Shown here: positions 46,804 through 58,822 of the stretch, in pieces
Layout of the letters: each line of letters starts with the position of its first letter
How positions within the stretch are numbered: position 1 is the first letter of the stretch
DNA from: Azolla caroliniana
Lineage: Eukaryota > Plantae > Polypodiophyta
Length of the DNA: 64,000 nucleotides
Direction of reading: 5' to 3'
Assembly: GCA_043228905.1 (NCBI GenBank)
Contig: JBHGNT010000008.1
Location: 14,818,001 to 14,882,000 of the forward strand
Program-made: the position numbers and the translations under genes
The notes under the pieces: model-generated
The model's database searches: none
What the model saw: the letters and a program-made list of their open reading frames with translations, nothing else
What the model was told of the DNA's origin: nothing

Positions 46804-49800
46804 TCAACACTCCCCCTCAAGCTCAACTCGAGGCTCTTCGGGATCCTCGGGCTCACAGCTCCGGTTCCTCCTGGATTCACGCCTCGCTCGCGCTCCTCGA
46901 CTTGTCCGACTCCGCGCGCTTCGACCCTTCCGGTCGGCTCGTCTGCTCATGCGGCCCTTATCAGCTCTTCTGTTGTTGCGGTGTCGACACTTCTTCTGCT
47001 GCCTTTTCTTCCGCTTGGGCCTCGGTTGATTCAACGTGTCTGAATCAAACATCCGAACCGACTCGGCTACCTCCGATCGGTTTTCGCTCTCGTCCGAGTT
47101 GGCTGTCTCCAACTCGTCTTCGGTCTTCTGGCCTTCGATGGCGTCATCTTCCCCATGCGTGGTTGGCTTCGGCTCTCTCCTTCGGTTGCTCCCTTTTTGT
47201 TTGCTTCCGAACTTTTCCGCGCGTCCGCTCTTGGCTTCTTCAGCCGATCCGATGTCGAACTCGACAACCGAGTCAACCGACTCGAACTCGGTGTCGCGGT
47301 CTCCGCTCCTTTCCTGCTGCCTTGCTTGGTCATTTGGGACTGTTCTCCCCCTCAAGTATGGCACGTCGAGGTGACGCAACCCGAGCGCACCTGAGAATTG
47401 CCGCAACTTGTCCAAACCAAGAGGCTTGGTGAAGATGTCGGCAGTTTGCCGAGCCGTCGGCACGTGTTGAAGTTCGACTTCACCGGAAAGGACACGCTCA
47501 CGGACGAAATGGTAGTGCACCTCAATGTGCTTGGTCCGTGCATGAAAAACGGGGTTCTTCGCGAGCTGGATGCTGCTAAGGTTGTCACAGTAGATCATCG
47601 TCGGATCTGACACCTCCACTTGCAGATCCTTAAGTAGCCGCTTCAACCAGATGGCTTCGCATGTCGCGACAGCCACTCCTCGGTACTCAGCTTCGGTGCT
47701 CGACAGTGCAACTGTCGGCTGCTTCTTACTGCTCCACGCGATCGCAGCACTCCCGAGGGAGAACGCGTATCGAGACGTGGATCGGCGATCGACAGCGTTG
47801 CGAGCCCAATCAGCATCGGTGTAGCCGACTAACTGCGTAGCTGCACCGGTCCGATATAGCAGTCCGCGGTCCTTAGTGCCGCTTACGTACTGAAGTACGC
47901 GTTACGCACACTGAAGGTGCTCCTCGGTAGGTCGCGCCATGAACTGACTGATCACTCCGACCGGATAACTGAGGTTGGGTCGGGTGATGGTCAAGTATAT
48001 GAGGCTACCGACAATTTGTCAGAACCTCGTCGGGTCGCATACCTTTCCCGTATCGGGACGAAGCTTGACGGTTCTGTCCAGAGGAGTCGAGATGGACTTA
48101 CAGTCGGCCATCCTGAGTTTGAAGAGCATACTCAACACGTAATGACGTTGGCTGATCAATATGCCTTTGGGGGTACGGATCACTTCGATCCCGAGGAAGT
48201 AATGAAGGTCCCCCAGATCCTTCATGTCGAACGATGCCGTAAGCTGGAGCTTCACGCGGTCGATTTCACCTAGGTCGGCGCCGGTGATGACCAAGTCATC
48301 AACATACAGTAAAATACTAACCGGTCTGAGTCGACCTTTCCGGATGAACAGGGAAGAGTCCGATTTTGACGTGACGAAGCCCAATCGACGCAGTTGTTGC
48401 GTGATCTTCGCGTTCCAGGCACGCGGGGCTTGCTTCAGTCCGTAAAGGGACTTCTTCAGTCGGCATATTGCCGAGGAGTTCGTTCCAGAGTGAAATCTAG
48501 GGGGTTGTACCATGTACACCTGTTCCTCAAGGTCACCTTGCAGGAACGCATTCTTTACATCCATCTGATGTAGGTGCCACCCCTTGGCCGCTGCTACTAC
48601 GAGCAAAACACGGACGGTCGTCATTTTCGTGACCGGCGCAAACGTCTCATCGTAGTCAATGCCGTGTTTCTGCGTGTAGCCCTTTGCCACTAGCCGAGCC
48701 TTGTACCGGTTGACCGAGCCATCGGTGTTGTACTTGACTTTGTACACCCATCTACACCCGATCGGCTTCACACCCTTCGGTGCGTCAACCAGGTCCCAGG
48801 TCTCGTTCTCCACCAATGCGTGCATCTCTTCCTCCATCGCGGCGCGCCAATTCGCGTCCTTCGCCGCTTCTGCGTAGCTCTCCGGCTCACGCACTTCCGC
48901 TACACGGGTCATGTACGCATAATGATGCCCCATGTACTCGTTGTAACCGAACCGCAAAACACGATTCTTCTGGCGGGTAGATCGGCGTAATCTCACATTA
49001 GCCGATGTCGAGGCCTTCTCGGTCGACGCGGTCTTCATCTTTAAAGACCTGTCACCGGTTCCCTCGGAGTCGGACTCGCGTCGGTTTGACTTGTTCCTAT
49101 CCGTGCCGGAATCCGACACCTTCTTCTTCCCTTTCTCTTTGCGCGTAAGCCGTCTCCTCGGCTTCCTGCGCGGGGAATGCACGGCTGAGTCTCCACTACT
49201 CGCCGGCTCTTCATCGGACTGGTCGTACCGACTCAGTCGTCCAATCGGTCTACTTAACCGGAGTGAAATCGGACTCTCTTCGCGGGTCTCGATTTCGGGC
49301 TCATTCGGAGGCATCTCGGCCTCGCTGACCTCATCGTCAGAGCTCGGATTGGAGTCGAGGTTCGTAGTCGGGGGCAAGTACCAGGACGCGGACCCGTCAA
49401 ACACAACGTCGCGGTTGACACGCGCTTGTTTGGTGTGAGGGTTATAGCACTTATAACCCTTCTGCTCGTCCGAGTAACCGGCCAAGATGCATTTCTCGGC
49501 CTTTGCGTCCAGCTTCCTCCTTTTCTCCTTCGGTATATGCACATACGCAATGCTACCGAACACCCTCAAGTGTCGCAAGTTCGGCTTCGTTCCGAAATAT
49601 AGCTCGTGCGCCGACACTTTGTCTCCAATCCGGTTCTGGATGTATACCGCGGTCCTTACCGCCTCGGCCCAGTAGAACTTCGGCAAGCTCTTCTCCTCCA
49701 GCATTGCCCGTGCCGCTTCCACAACTGACCGATTCTTTCTCTCCGCCACGCCGTTCTGCTCTGGTGTGTATCTACAACTGAATTCGCGGCAAATTCCCAT

Positions 49801-51752
49801 TTGTTGTAGGTAACCGTTGAATTGACCGGAAAAGTACTCTTTCCCGCCATCCGATCGCAAGCACTTGATCTTTCGTCCCGTTTCGGCTTCCACGAACCCT
49901 TTGAGGTCCCGGAAATAGTCGAAGACTTCGCTCTTCCTCTCAATGAGGTAGATCCACATGTGCCACGTGTGGTCGTCGATGAAGGATACGAAATATCGGC
50001 TCCCGCCAAGACTAACGTTTTGTGCCGGTCCCCATACATCGGAGTGTATAAGGTCGAGCTTGTTCCGGCTCCGGTTTCGCTCGTTGGGGAAAGGAAGTCG
50101 GTGTTGCTTCCCGAGCTGGCAAGCTTCACAAACTTGTGCCTTTCGGCCACTAAACTTGGGCAATCCGAACACTACCTGTTTCGATTGCAGATCTTGAAGC
50201 CGTTGGTGGTTGACGTGGCCTATCCGCTTGTGCCACAAGTCGATGTCCGACTCGGTCTTTTGTCCCTTCGCGAACATTGCGGTGCCACCGTCAGTGGAGT
50301 CGAGGATGAACATCCTCCTGTCTCTGCACCCTTGCGCAATCACACGGCCTTCTTCCTCAATGAAGCACCCGAGGGGTGTAAACCGAACCTCCATCCCTTG
50401 GTTGACGATCTGTCCGACCGAGACCAAGTTTTTCGTGATTGTCGGGATGTGCAGCACGTTCATGAGTTTCCCTTTCTACCCGACATGGCTAAGGGGAACT
50501 TCTCCGACATTCGCGATCGGATGCGGAGTGTCATCTCCTGTTGCGACTACTCTAGGTTCTATCGGTTTTTCAAGGTACGAGAACCACTCCTTATGGCTCG
50601 TCATGTGGTTTGACGCGCCGGAGTCTACGTACCACACCTCGTCCGATCCCGGGGTGCTTTGTTTCATTGAGTTTGCTTCGTGTCTCATCACGAAGGCATG
50701 CCCTTCTCCGGCTCTCCCGGAGTCTTCGGCGTAGTGCGATCGCTGCCGATTTCCCTTCTCGGTATATCTAGAGCTGCTTTGTTTCATTGAGTTTGCTTCG
50801 TGTCTCATCACGAAGGCATGCCCTTCTCCGGCTCTCCCGGAGTCTTCGGCGTAGTGCGATCGCTGCCGATTTCCCTTCTCGGTATATCTAGAGCCGTTTC
50901 CAGAACCAGTTCTCTCCGAATCGGCGCGCTTCTTGTAGCACTCACTTTCCCTGTGGCCTTTTTTGCCACAGTACCAGCACTCCGCGATGGCCTTCCCTTG
51001 CCGGTTCTCATCGCTTCGACTCCCTCTGTTTCCGGAGGGTCCGGAGTTGTTGTCGGCATCACTTCGGTGCCTTCTTCCTTGATCTTGTCGGCCACTTCCA
51101 TTGCGTACCGACTCGCCTCGTCCGCCACGACCACGGGGCCTTTCTCCCTCCGTGTACAACATCTTGTTGTCGGTGTGCGTGCTCGTCGACGCAGCCGCGT
51201 GGTCCTCCTCTACCAGGAGCATCGACTGTAAGTCGAAAAAGGACGGCGTATTCTCCCGGGTACACACAGCCGTTCGGAACGCTCCGAACTTCGACGCCAA
51301 ACCTCCGAGACAGATCTGGACCATCTCGCTCTCCTCGATGTTCACCTCTATGGAGGCGAGGGAGTCGTAGATATCCTTCATCTTGGAGGTATAGTCCGCC
51401 ACCGACAAGTCGCGTTGTCGTAGGTTGCTCAACTCCTGTCAGAGCTGAAGCTTCCTGGTTGTGGTGCTCGCGGCGAAAATCTTCTTCAGATTTTCCCACG
51501 CACCCTTCGGCGTCTTTGCATCCCGAACATAACTCAATAGTTGTTCGCCCACACACGACGCGAAGCAGTACAATACCCTGCTCGCCGATTGCTCCCATGA
51601 CGGGAAGTCTCTGTGTGTCGATTCGGGTGCCGTGTCAATAGCTCCTTTGACATAACTCCAGTAGCCGTGCCCGAGCAGGTACTGGTGCATCTTGTAGGAC
51701 CAAGACGCTAGTTGGTTCTGTCGAGCTTCTCTGTTGGAAGCGAGCTCGCCAT
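46804..51752 (-). pseudogene. gag-pol: Copia gag-pol with a few stops/frameshifts and a long C-terminal extension
   Basis: CWYCGKKGHRESEC, WYVDSGASNHMT, LWHKRIGH, LRSDGGKEY, EQNGVAERKNR, LYVDDLVI, RTKHIEVHYHF, TADIFTK. Confidence 0.95.
50656..50893 (-). repeat. Perfect 120-bp in-frame tandem duplication in the gag-protease linker
   Basis: SRYTEKGNRQRSHYAEDSGRAGEGHAFVMRHEANSMKQS appears twice. Confidence 0.95.
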
Positions 51753-52594
51753 GCCTCTTTCCATCGTTCTTCTCGTTCTTCTTCGTCAAGCTGTGTCGGC
51801 TGCAGAGAGGTTCTCAACCCTCGCGCTCTGATACCATGTAGAAAGCAACGTGCGAAAGCAAGTATGAAGACCGAACAGAAGGAAGGAAACTCAGGTTCAA
51901 TGGAGAGCTTGAGCTTACATGGTATACGCGGGAGAGACAGAGAGAAGACACAAAAAGCTATATTAAACAATAATACTCAGTCTGTACATAAGACGTGCTC
52001 AGTGAACATTTTTATACAAGTCCTAGAAGGACTAACCGAAGTACTGACAATACTTCAATGCTCATCAAGAGCTCCTACACTAACTCCCAAATATATTCCT
52101 CACGGAATATCTTTCCTAACGACCTCCCGGTGTACGCACTCGGCCTAACTGATCGGTCCCAACCGATCCGGTCCTCGGCTTCTTCAGCCGAACCGGCCGA
52201 TGTTGAGCTTGTCTCTCAACACTAATCAATTTATCTGTTAGAACAAGAGGGTCAATACCCTCTAGCGACAGACCATATATGTTGGTAAAGTTCTCTTTTG
52301 TCTTGCAAAACTTTGGAAAGTTCAGCACTCTAGGATATGGAGGAACGAGCCACCTGAAATAAAAAATCAATACATGTTACCTCGGCTCTACTTGGACATG
52401 TGTATTTAGAACCATAATTGGTATGGAAGAGTTAAAAATAAAAAATCAGCCACATTCACCCAAATCCTAAATGAAGTTTGGGGGAAGTTTGCAAACACAC
52501 AGCCATTGAAATCAGAAATGTGAATTAGTGCAAAATTCCAACACTAAATTTCAAATTTTCAATAGTAATCAGAAATCAATAGCTTAAAAAATCC

Positions 52595-52830
52595 AAAATC
52601 CTATTTAGAAACCTTAATTAGAAACCCTAATTAGAAATCAACTAAAGGAAATCAGAAACCTTAATAAGAAACCCTAATCACAAATCAACCGCTTAAGGAA
52701 ATCAGAAATCCTAATAAAATACCTTAATAAGAAACCCTAATCAGAAATCAACCGCTTAAGGAAATTAGAAACCCTAATCTGAAATATGTATGCAATCAAC
52801 CCTAATCACAAAAATTGTCAATTAGAAACA
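52595..52830. repeat. Cluster of telo-box-like AAACCCTAA repeats
   Basis: gaaaccctaat at ~52621, 52668, 52731 and 52768, plus variants (gaaaccttaat). Confidence 0.75.
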
Positions 52831-53619
52831 CTCCTGCTACTACACCCCGATCTTCAAGAAATCCTTGTTTGGGACTCCAATGACTTCGCCCTAATCATTT
52901 TTTATAAATGATGAACAGGCAACAAAGTTACAGTTATCAGAAAAGAAAAGAAAAAGATCTTTTAATGTGTAACTGATACATACTTGGACGAGGATCGAAC
53001 TAGTGGTGTGTTGTAGCTCTGAAGGTGCAATGTCGATATCAGAGTTTTTGTGTTGTTGCGGGAGCGTTATTTGCGTTCATGCTCATAGTACTCCATCTGT
53101 TTTGATTTCGAACTCAAACTAAGGATTAACAGGAATTTGGTGACATTCAAGTCGGGTTTAGATGAGGGCACTGTTCCCCAAATTCCACTACGTCAGAAAC
53201 CAAAGTTCAAATTACTATGTACCAAGGTTGCCGAATGGAGACCCAAGGTTTTGACATAGTCAAATTACTATGTCTGTGCTCAGTTTTGACGCTCTTAAGA
53301 GCCACAGTTTTGAGGCGCTTTCGTTGATGCTATGTCTTCGGCAGCAAATTACTACCTCTCTCTTTTGGTAGAAATGTGCAAGCTAATGTGTGTTTCAGTG
53401 ATCTTCTTCTTCTTTTTCATTTTTATTTTTGTCTTTTTGTTTAGTTTTAAGATGAAGAAGAAGAAATGAGCACAACCCACCAACGAACATCGCAAATCAA
53501 GTATATATGTTATATGTATGTATGTAATTTACACATGCATTCTTTATTTTTCTGAAAATCAATATATTTTAGATTGTGCACTACCTTTGTTTGGTTGCAC
53601 TTTCTCTCTCTCTCTCTAC

Positions 53620-54146
53620 ATGTGGTGTGTGGGTGTGTGTGTGTGTGTATATATAGAAAGCAGGAGTTTTGGGGACCTCGTGATTTTTAGAGAGATAGGA
53701 CAGACACACATACATCCCAATCTGTACGATCTTTGGAACACATTTCTCTCTCTCTCTCTCTCTATCCCTCTCTCTTCACTTTTTCGGTGATTTTTGTTTG
53801 CTTTCTAAATCTTTGACGTCTTACCAAACTCCAAGCAAAGCAAATCAAATCAAGACTCATGGCAAATCCCCCCAAAACAAAACTAAAAGCTTCTCTTCGA
53901 ACCAATCCAAATGGAAAATGCATTACGTCCTCCACCCTCCCTTGTTGTTTTTTGTTGCTCTCCATTATTAGTGTGCACTATATCTTAGGTTCGATACCCG
54001 ATTTTCTTACCTCTCTGTTACTCCTATAGGTTCAACACATAACCCTTGGGTCTCCATTGGGCAACCTTACCAATTGAGCTACATCCATTTGGACTATATC
54101 TATGTACAATTTCCTCTTTTGCACAATACAATGCAAACTCTTTCTC

Positions 54147-54187
<41 letters not shown>

Positions 54188-54780
54188 GTGGTGTGTGGGT
54201 GTGTGTGTATAGAAAGCAACAGTTTTGGGGACCACGTGCTTTCTAGAGAGTTAAGACACACACACATACATCCCAAGTTGTATGACCTTTGGAACATGTT
54301 TCTCTCTCTCTCTTCACTTTTTGGGTAATTCTTGTTTGCTTTCTAAATCTTTGACGTCTTACCAAACTCCAAGTAAAACAAATCAAATCAAGACTCATGG
54401 CAAAACCCCCCCAAAACAAAACAAAAAAAAAGCTTCTCTTTGAACCAATCCAAATGGCAAACACATTACGTCCTCCTCCCCCCCTTGTTGTTTTTTGTTG
54501 CCCCCCACTATTAGTGTGCACTATGTCTTCAGTTCGAAACCCGATTTGCTTACCTTTATGTTGCTCCGTACGCATCTCATGAGTCTAAATTTACATCCCA
54601 ATCTGTATGATCTTTGGAACACGTTTCTTTCTCTCTCTCTCTGTCTCTCTCTCCCTCTCTCTTCACTTTTCGGTAATTTTTGTTTGCTTTGTAAATCTTT
54701 GACATCTTACCAAACTCCAAGCAAAGCAAAGAAAATCAAAACTTATGGCAAAGCCCCCCCAAAATAAAACAAAAAAAAAC
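53620..54780 (+). repeat. Three tandem, partly truncated copies of repeat A
   Basis: Copies start at ~53620, ~54187 and ~54590; all share aaatctttgac.tcttaccaaactccaag. Confidence 0.85.
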
Positions 54781-55150
54781 TTGTTCTAACACTCTTAAGA
54801 GCCACAATTTTGAGGTGCTTTGGTTGATACTATGTCTTTTGCAGTAGATTACTGGCTCTCTCTTTCGGTAGAAATGTGCACGCTAATGTGTGTTTCATTG
54901 ATCTTTTGTGCAGTGAATCTCTTGTGTTACATGTTACGTTGCATAGGAATTCAGATATAAATTGGTCGTTTAGCATTTAAAAAAGGAAAGACAAAAGCAT
55001 TATATTCATTTGGGCCTACTTGACATAGACATTGATTGTTTGGTAGTAGCGTGCTCAGTTTTCCTATTATGGTTTTCTTCTCAATCTTGTTTCTTGTGAT
55101 TATATATGAAAGTATATATCATATGACAAGACAACTACCCTATGATGAGG

Positions 55151-55219
55151 CTATATAAGAAAGTCTACTAGAACAGAGAGGGATAGACAAACCTAGAGAG
55201 AGAGAGAGAGAGAGAGAGA
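55151..55219 (+). promoter_or_regulatory. Probable TATA box (CTATATAAG) and (GA)n 5'-UTR microsatellite of the OMT gene
   Basis: The TATA motif is ~75 nt upstream of ATG 55226; the GA repeat spans 55194-55219. Confidence 0.55.
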
Positions 55220-55225
55220 TTGAGG

Positions 55226-56747
55226 ATGGGTGACATTGTTAATGAGTCGATGCTTGGGATGATGGGTGAGGGAGTGGAAAATGAAGCATGGTTGAGGGGA
55301 GTAGAATTGAGCTTATTGTGTTGTTTGCCCATGGCCATTAACACACTCATAAAATTGAAAGTCTTTGATGTCATGGCAAATGCAGATATAGAAAAGGAGG
55401 AGGGTATGGAACGAGGGTTATATTCAGTCGAAGAAATAGTGTCACGGATGAGTAGTAGTGTCTTACCAGATGCCAATATGAGAGTTTCCGTAGCATTAGA
55501 TAGACTTTTGAGAGTGGTGGCTAGTCATGGTGTTGTTCATGTGTACAATGGTCATGATCCATTCACTAAGCACCCAACGAGAAGGTATGGGCTTAACTTA
55601 GTTAGTCAATATTTTGTCCACAATGGATCCTCTTTGGCACCACTACTTCGACTCTGTGTAGACCCTGTTATTATTAAATCTTGGCATGTCTTACATGAGG
55701 CTGTTCTTGATGGTGGCCAACCCTTCGCCAAGGCCCACAATGGTCTAGATGTTTTTGAATATGGCCAACATGATCCAAATTTTGGTTCCATCTTCAACTA
55801 TGCTATGGCCAACTATAGTGCTCTCCCCATTCGTGACCTCCTCGACTCTTATCCCATGTGTTTCGATGATATAAATATACTCGTTGATGTTGGTGGTGGC
55901 CATGGATCGTCACTTCATTTGATCATCTCTCGCTTTCCCCACATTCGTGGTATCAACTTTGACCAACCACATGTCATTTCTCTAGCCCCAAATTATTTAG
56001 GTACGCAATTATGGCAAGCACATCTATTGTCAGATATACATAATGAATTTGAAATGTTCGTGAAGACTAAAAAATAAGTAATTTTGATATATTTCATTTT
56101 ACTATTTTTTTATATAAGGAATTGAGCATGTGGGAGGTGACATGTTTATTGAAATACCTCAAGCTGATGCCATTTTCATGAAGGTTCAAATCCCTTCCTT
56201 ATTAATTAATATGTATAGTCTCATGCATTCTTAACAACATTAACCCAAATAATGAGAATGCATCCAACAATATATTTTGAATAAAATATACAATTAGAAT
56301 GCCATTATTTGCGCTTAGCTCAACTATATATGCACTGACAATCTAAATTTTAACAAATTTATTGGTACCAATAAATTCATATAAGTTAATTATTCTTTTA
56401 TGTCTAAATCACTTTGCACAAAACTAACAAGATTTAACATTGCATAGATGGTTTTGCACGATTGGAGCGATGAACATTGCATGAAGATATTAGAGAATTG
56501 CTACAAGGCATTATTGAATAATGGAAAAGTCATTATAATTGATGCAATATTACCGATGGGTATCGAACGGGACTTGAGAGCTCGTGTTGGTTACCATTTG
56601 GATCTTTATATGTTTACCCAAACCATTGGAGGTAGAGAACGAACCCAAGAAGAGGTTGAGAATCTTGCTAAAAGTGTTGGTTTTGCTCATCTTGAAGTAA
56701 AATCCAAGATAAATGAATTTAGTGTCATTGAGCTATATAAGTTGTAG
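55226..56747 (+). CDS. OMT: Plant class II (caffeic acid O-methyltransferase-like) SAM-dependent O-methyltransferase, 379 aa; exons 55226-56000, 56119-56183, 56448-56747
   Basis: GT-AG introns give an intact 1140-nt CDS. Dimerisation region LDRLLRVVASHG; motifs LVDVGGGHG, GINFDQPHVI, GGDMF, DAIFMKMVLHDW (catalytic His) and GGRERT. Substrate cannot be determined from sequence. Confidence 0.95.
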
Positions 56748-58580
56748 GTTGGAACTTGGAATACTAAACTATATAAAATACCTAAATCCAAAACGTGAAT
56801 TTAGAAATTTCAAAGACTTGTCATCTTCTCCCACGCAAATAACTCGATGTCGAGCAAATACTTAATTGTTGCGTTTACTATGCATTCCATTATTAGAAGA
56901 ATATTTTTTATGATTAATTAAATTTTACATTTGGTGAAGCCATGCAGTTACTTAAAGTTTTAACTTATAATTTAAAGTGGAAAAGAATCCATTAAGTGTG
57001 TCAATTTAGAAGTCTCTCATAAAAATGAGGTGCATCACTTGCATATATCCAAAACATCGTTAGGAACAATGTTAAAGGAGAGAGGGTTAAGAAATGTCTA
57101 GCAAGGAAGCTTGACACAACATTTTTCACATTCATGACTATATACAAGTGCTAACTACTTGTCAAACATTGGAAACTTGGGCATTTCTGCTATTATTCAT
57201 AATCTCTTGGAAGTAACACTAAAAGTATAAGTATGACGAAATTTTCTAGAATGGTATGATTGAGATAACCTCATACATGTTTCCTTGAAAAAGAAGAAGA
57301 TAATTAACAAGAAGTTACTAATGGTTGTGGCACAAAATTGGGGATATGGGTAGTTAAGCTAAAATTATACAATGGATCAACCAATATGAATAGGGAACAA
57401 TATGATAAATGAAATGAAAACAAAAGACGTTCAAAGCAAGTAGAGCCTCTCACGAGGCAATTTGACAAATCCATAGAATCGTGGAAGGTTGTGAGCAAGA
57501 GGAGGTTGTTGGCGAATGCATTAAAGGTTGCTATAATATATGGAAATGTACCATAAATGTGGAATCTCCATGAATATTCTAACCTCATCTATGAAGAGCA
57601 AAATCTAATGTATTGTTAGTTACATAAGATAAGAATCTCAGGGCTAGATTGTCTAGGAGGAATGACCTTCCATCAAGAGGTAATAGGACCTCCTAGGAGA
57701 ATCTATTAGTAGAAAATTGTGTTTGCCACAAGGTTAACAAACATCAAGGCCTAACAATGACGTTAGATAAAAAAAATAGCAAGAAAGATTAAAATCGGCC
57801 ATCTATTAACACTATTAATCTTGAAGGTGCAACTAGCTAATGGTTAGCGCACGTCTTGATTTCAGCTCAAAGGTCTAAATAAATTCTTAAATAACAAGTT
57901 GAGGCCAACGTGGAAGATGTTTTGAGATTGAACCTTGAAACTTGGAATGATGTGCTCAAGATGGCACCACAAGAACAAAAAGTCATAGAAGAAACCTAAA
58001 TAAAATAAACATAATAAGTGAATGTCATACTAGCCAAATTTGAGCATAATGAAAATAGATTTATTGTTCCAATGATGGTGAAGGTAAAACCCATACCCAT
58101 TATATTAGACACAAGGTTTGGGATTAATATCTTTAGTTCTCAATTGGTTAGTCTTGGAATGGTTGCTACATAAATGGGATTTGAGAATGATATTGTGGAA
58201 AATTAATGGGTGTGCATGTGAAGACTAAGTGGGATCACCGAGAACTTGGACCGAATGATGTAATCCTTGATGTAGAATTGTGGGTGATGAACTTCTCATT
58301 TAATGTCTCAAAGTACTTAAAATTTTCCTTTTTTCTCAGATGTAGCTTCCAAGTGAATGGTAGCCCTTCAAGATATTTGTTTGAATGCTCACTCATTTAT
58401 TGTAACTTTTGTGTTTCTATTTCTATAGGTAAGTAGAGTAATTATGAGCTAAAATATGTATCTAGTTGTAGGAGTGCAAATGTGTGGTCATGTATATAGT
58501 TATAGCCTATAGGTATAAATGTTTATTGTTTCCTTTGTAATGTTGTGTATTTTGATCAACAGAAAATATGTAAATATGAA

Positions 58581-58822
58581 TATATATAGGTGTGCATTTC
58601 TATGTGAATTAAGTGCTTGAGATATATGTGCAAGTTCGTGAATGATCATATAAGTTTACTTGTATGTGATGTGTCCATGTAAGTCTAGAATTGTGTTTAT
58701 ATATGTATATATAGGTGTGCAATTCTATGTGAATTAAGTGCTTGCGATATATGTGCAAGTTCGTGAATGATCATATAAGTTTACTTGTATGTGATGTGTC
58801 CATGTAAGTCTAGAATTGTGTT
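58581..58822 (+). repeat. 125-bp-period tandem duplication
   Basis: taggtgtgca.ttctatgtgaattaagtgcttg at 58587 and 58712. Confidence 0.9.

Larger units (their letters stand above)
46425..52221 (-). mobile_element. Full-length Copia LTR retrotransposon, TSD CTAAT
   Basis: 385-bp LTRs 46425-46809 and 51837-52221 (~10 mismatches). CTAAT at 46420-46424 and 52222-52226. PBS TGGTATCAGAGC at 51825-51836. PPT GAGGGGGAG at 46810-46818. Confidence 0.97.
42720..52355 (-). pseudogene. Multi-exon accessory gene: unknown N-terminal domain, RING-like motif, NLS-like basic patches, FCP1/NIF-like HAD domain; decayed and split by a Copia
   Basis: The frame continues across the TSD (DKLIS|DVD*LLVYKV). GT donors at ~45869, ~45636 and ~45225. 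CIACG...PCHDTYHIVC...CLGDC; ARKRLKK; ALILELDKVL...NQFLEWVVQYFDLFIWS..SYV...WTRERC. Confidence 0.6.
24340..53280. mobile_element. Putative large two-gene DNA transposon (Sola2-like), ~10 kb after removing nested Copia elements; termini not defined
   Basis: Transposase and a convergent second gene share the same intronic palindrome arrays. Both reading frames continue across the nested insertions. Confidence 0.6.

Noticed and set aside
49822-50734. 263-aa and 174-aa plus-strand ORFs
   Set aside because: Antisense to Copia pol with no recognisable motif.
52595-52830. Interstitial telomere
   Set aside because: Motifs are single units separated by spacers, not tandem TTTAGGG.
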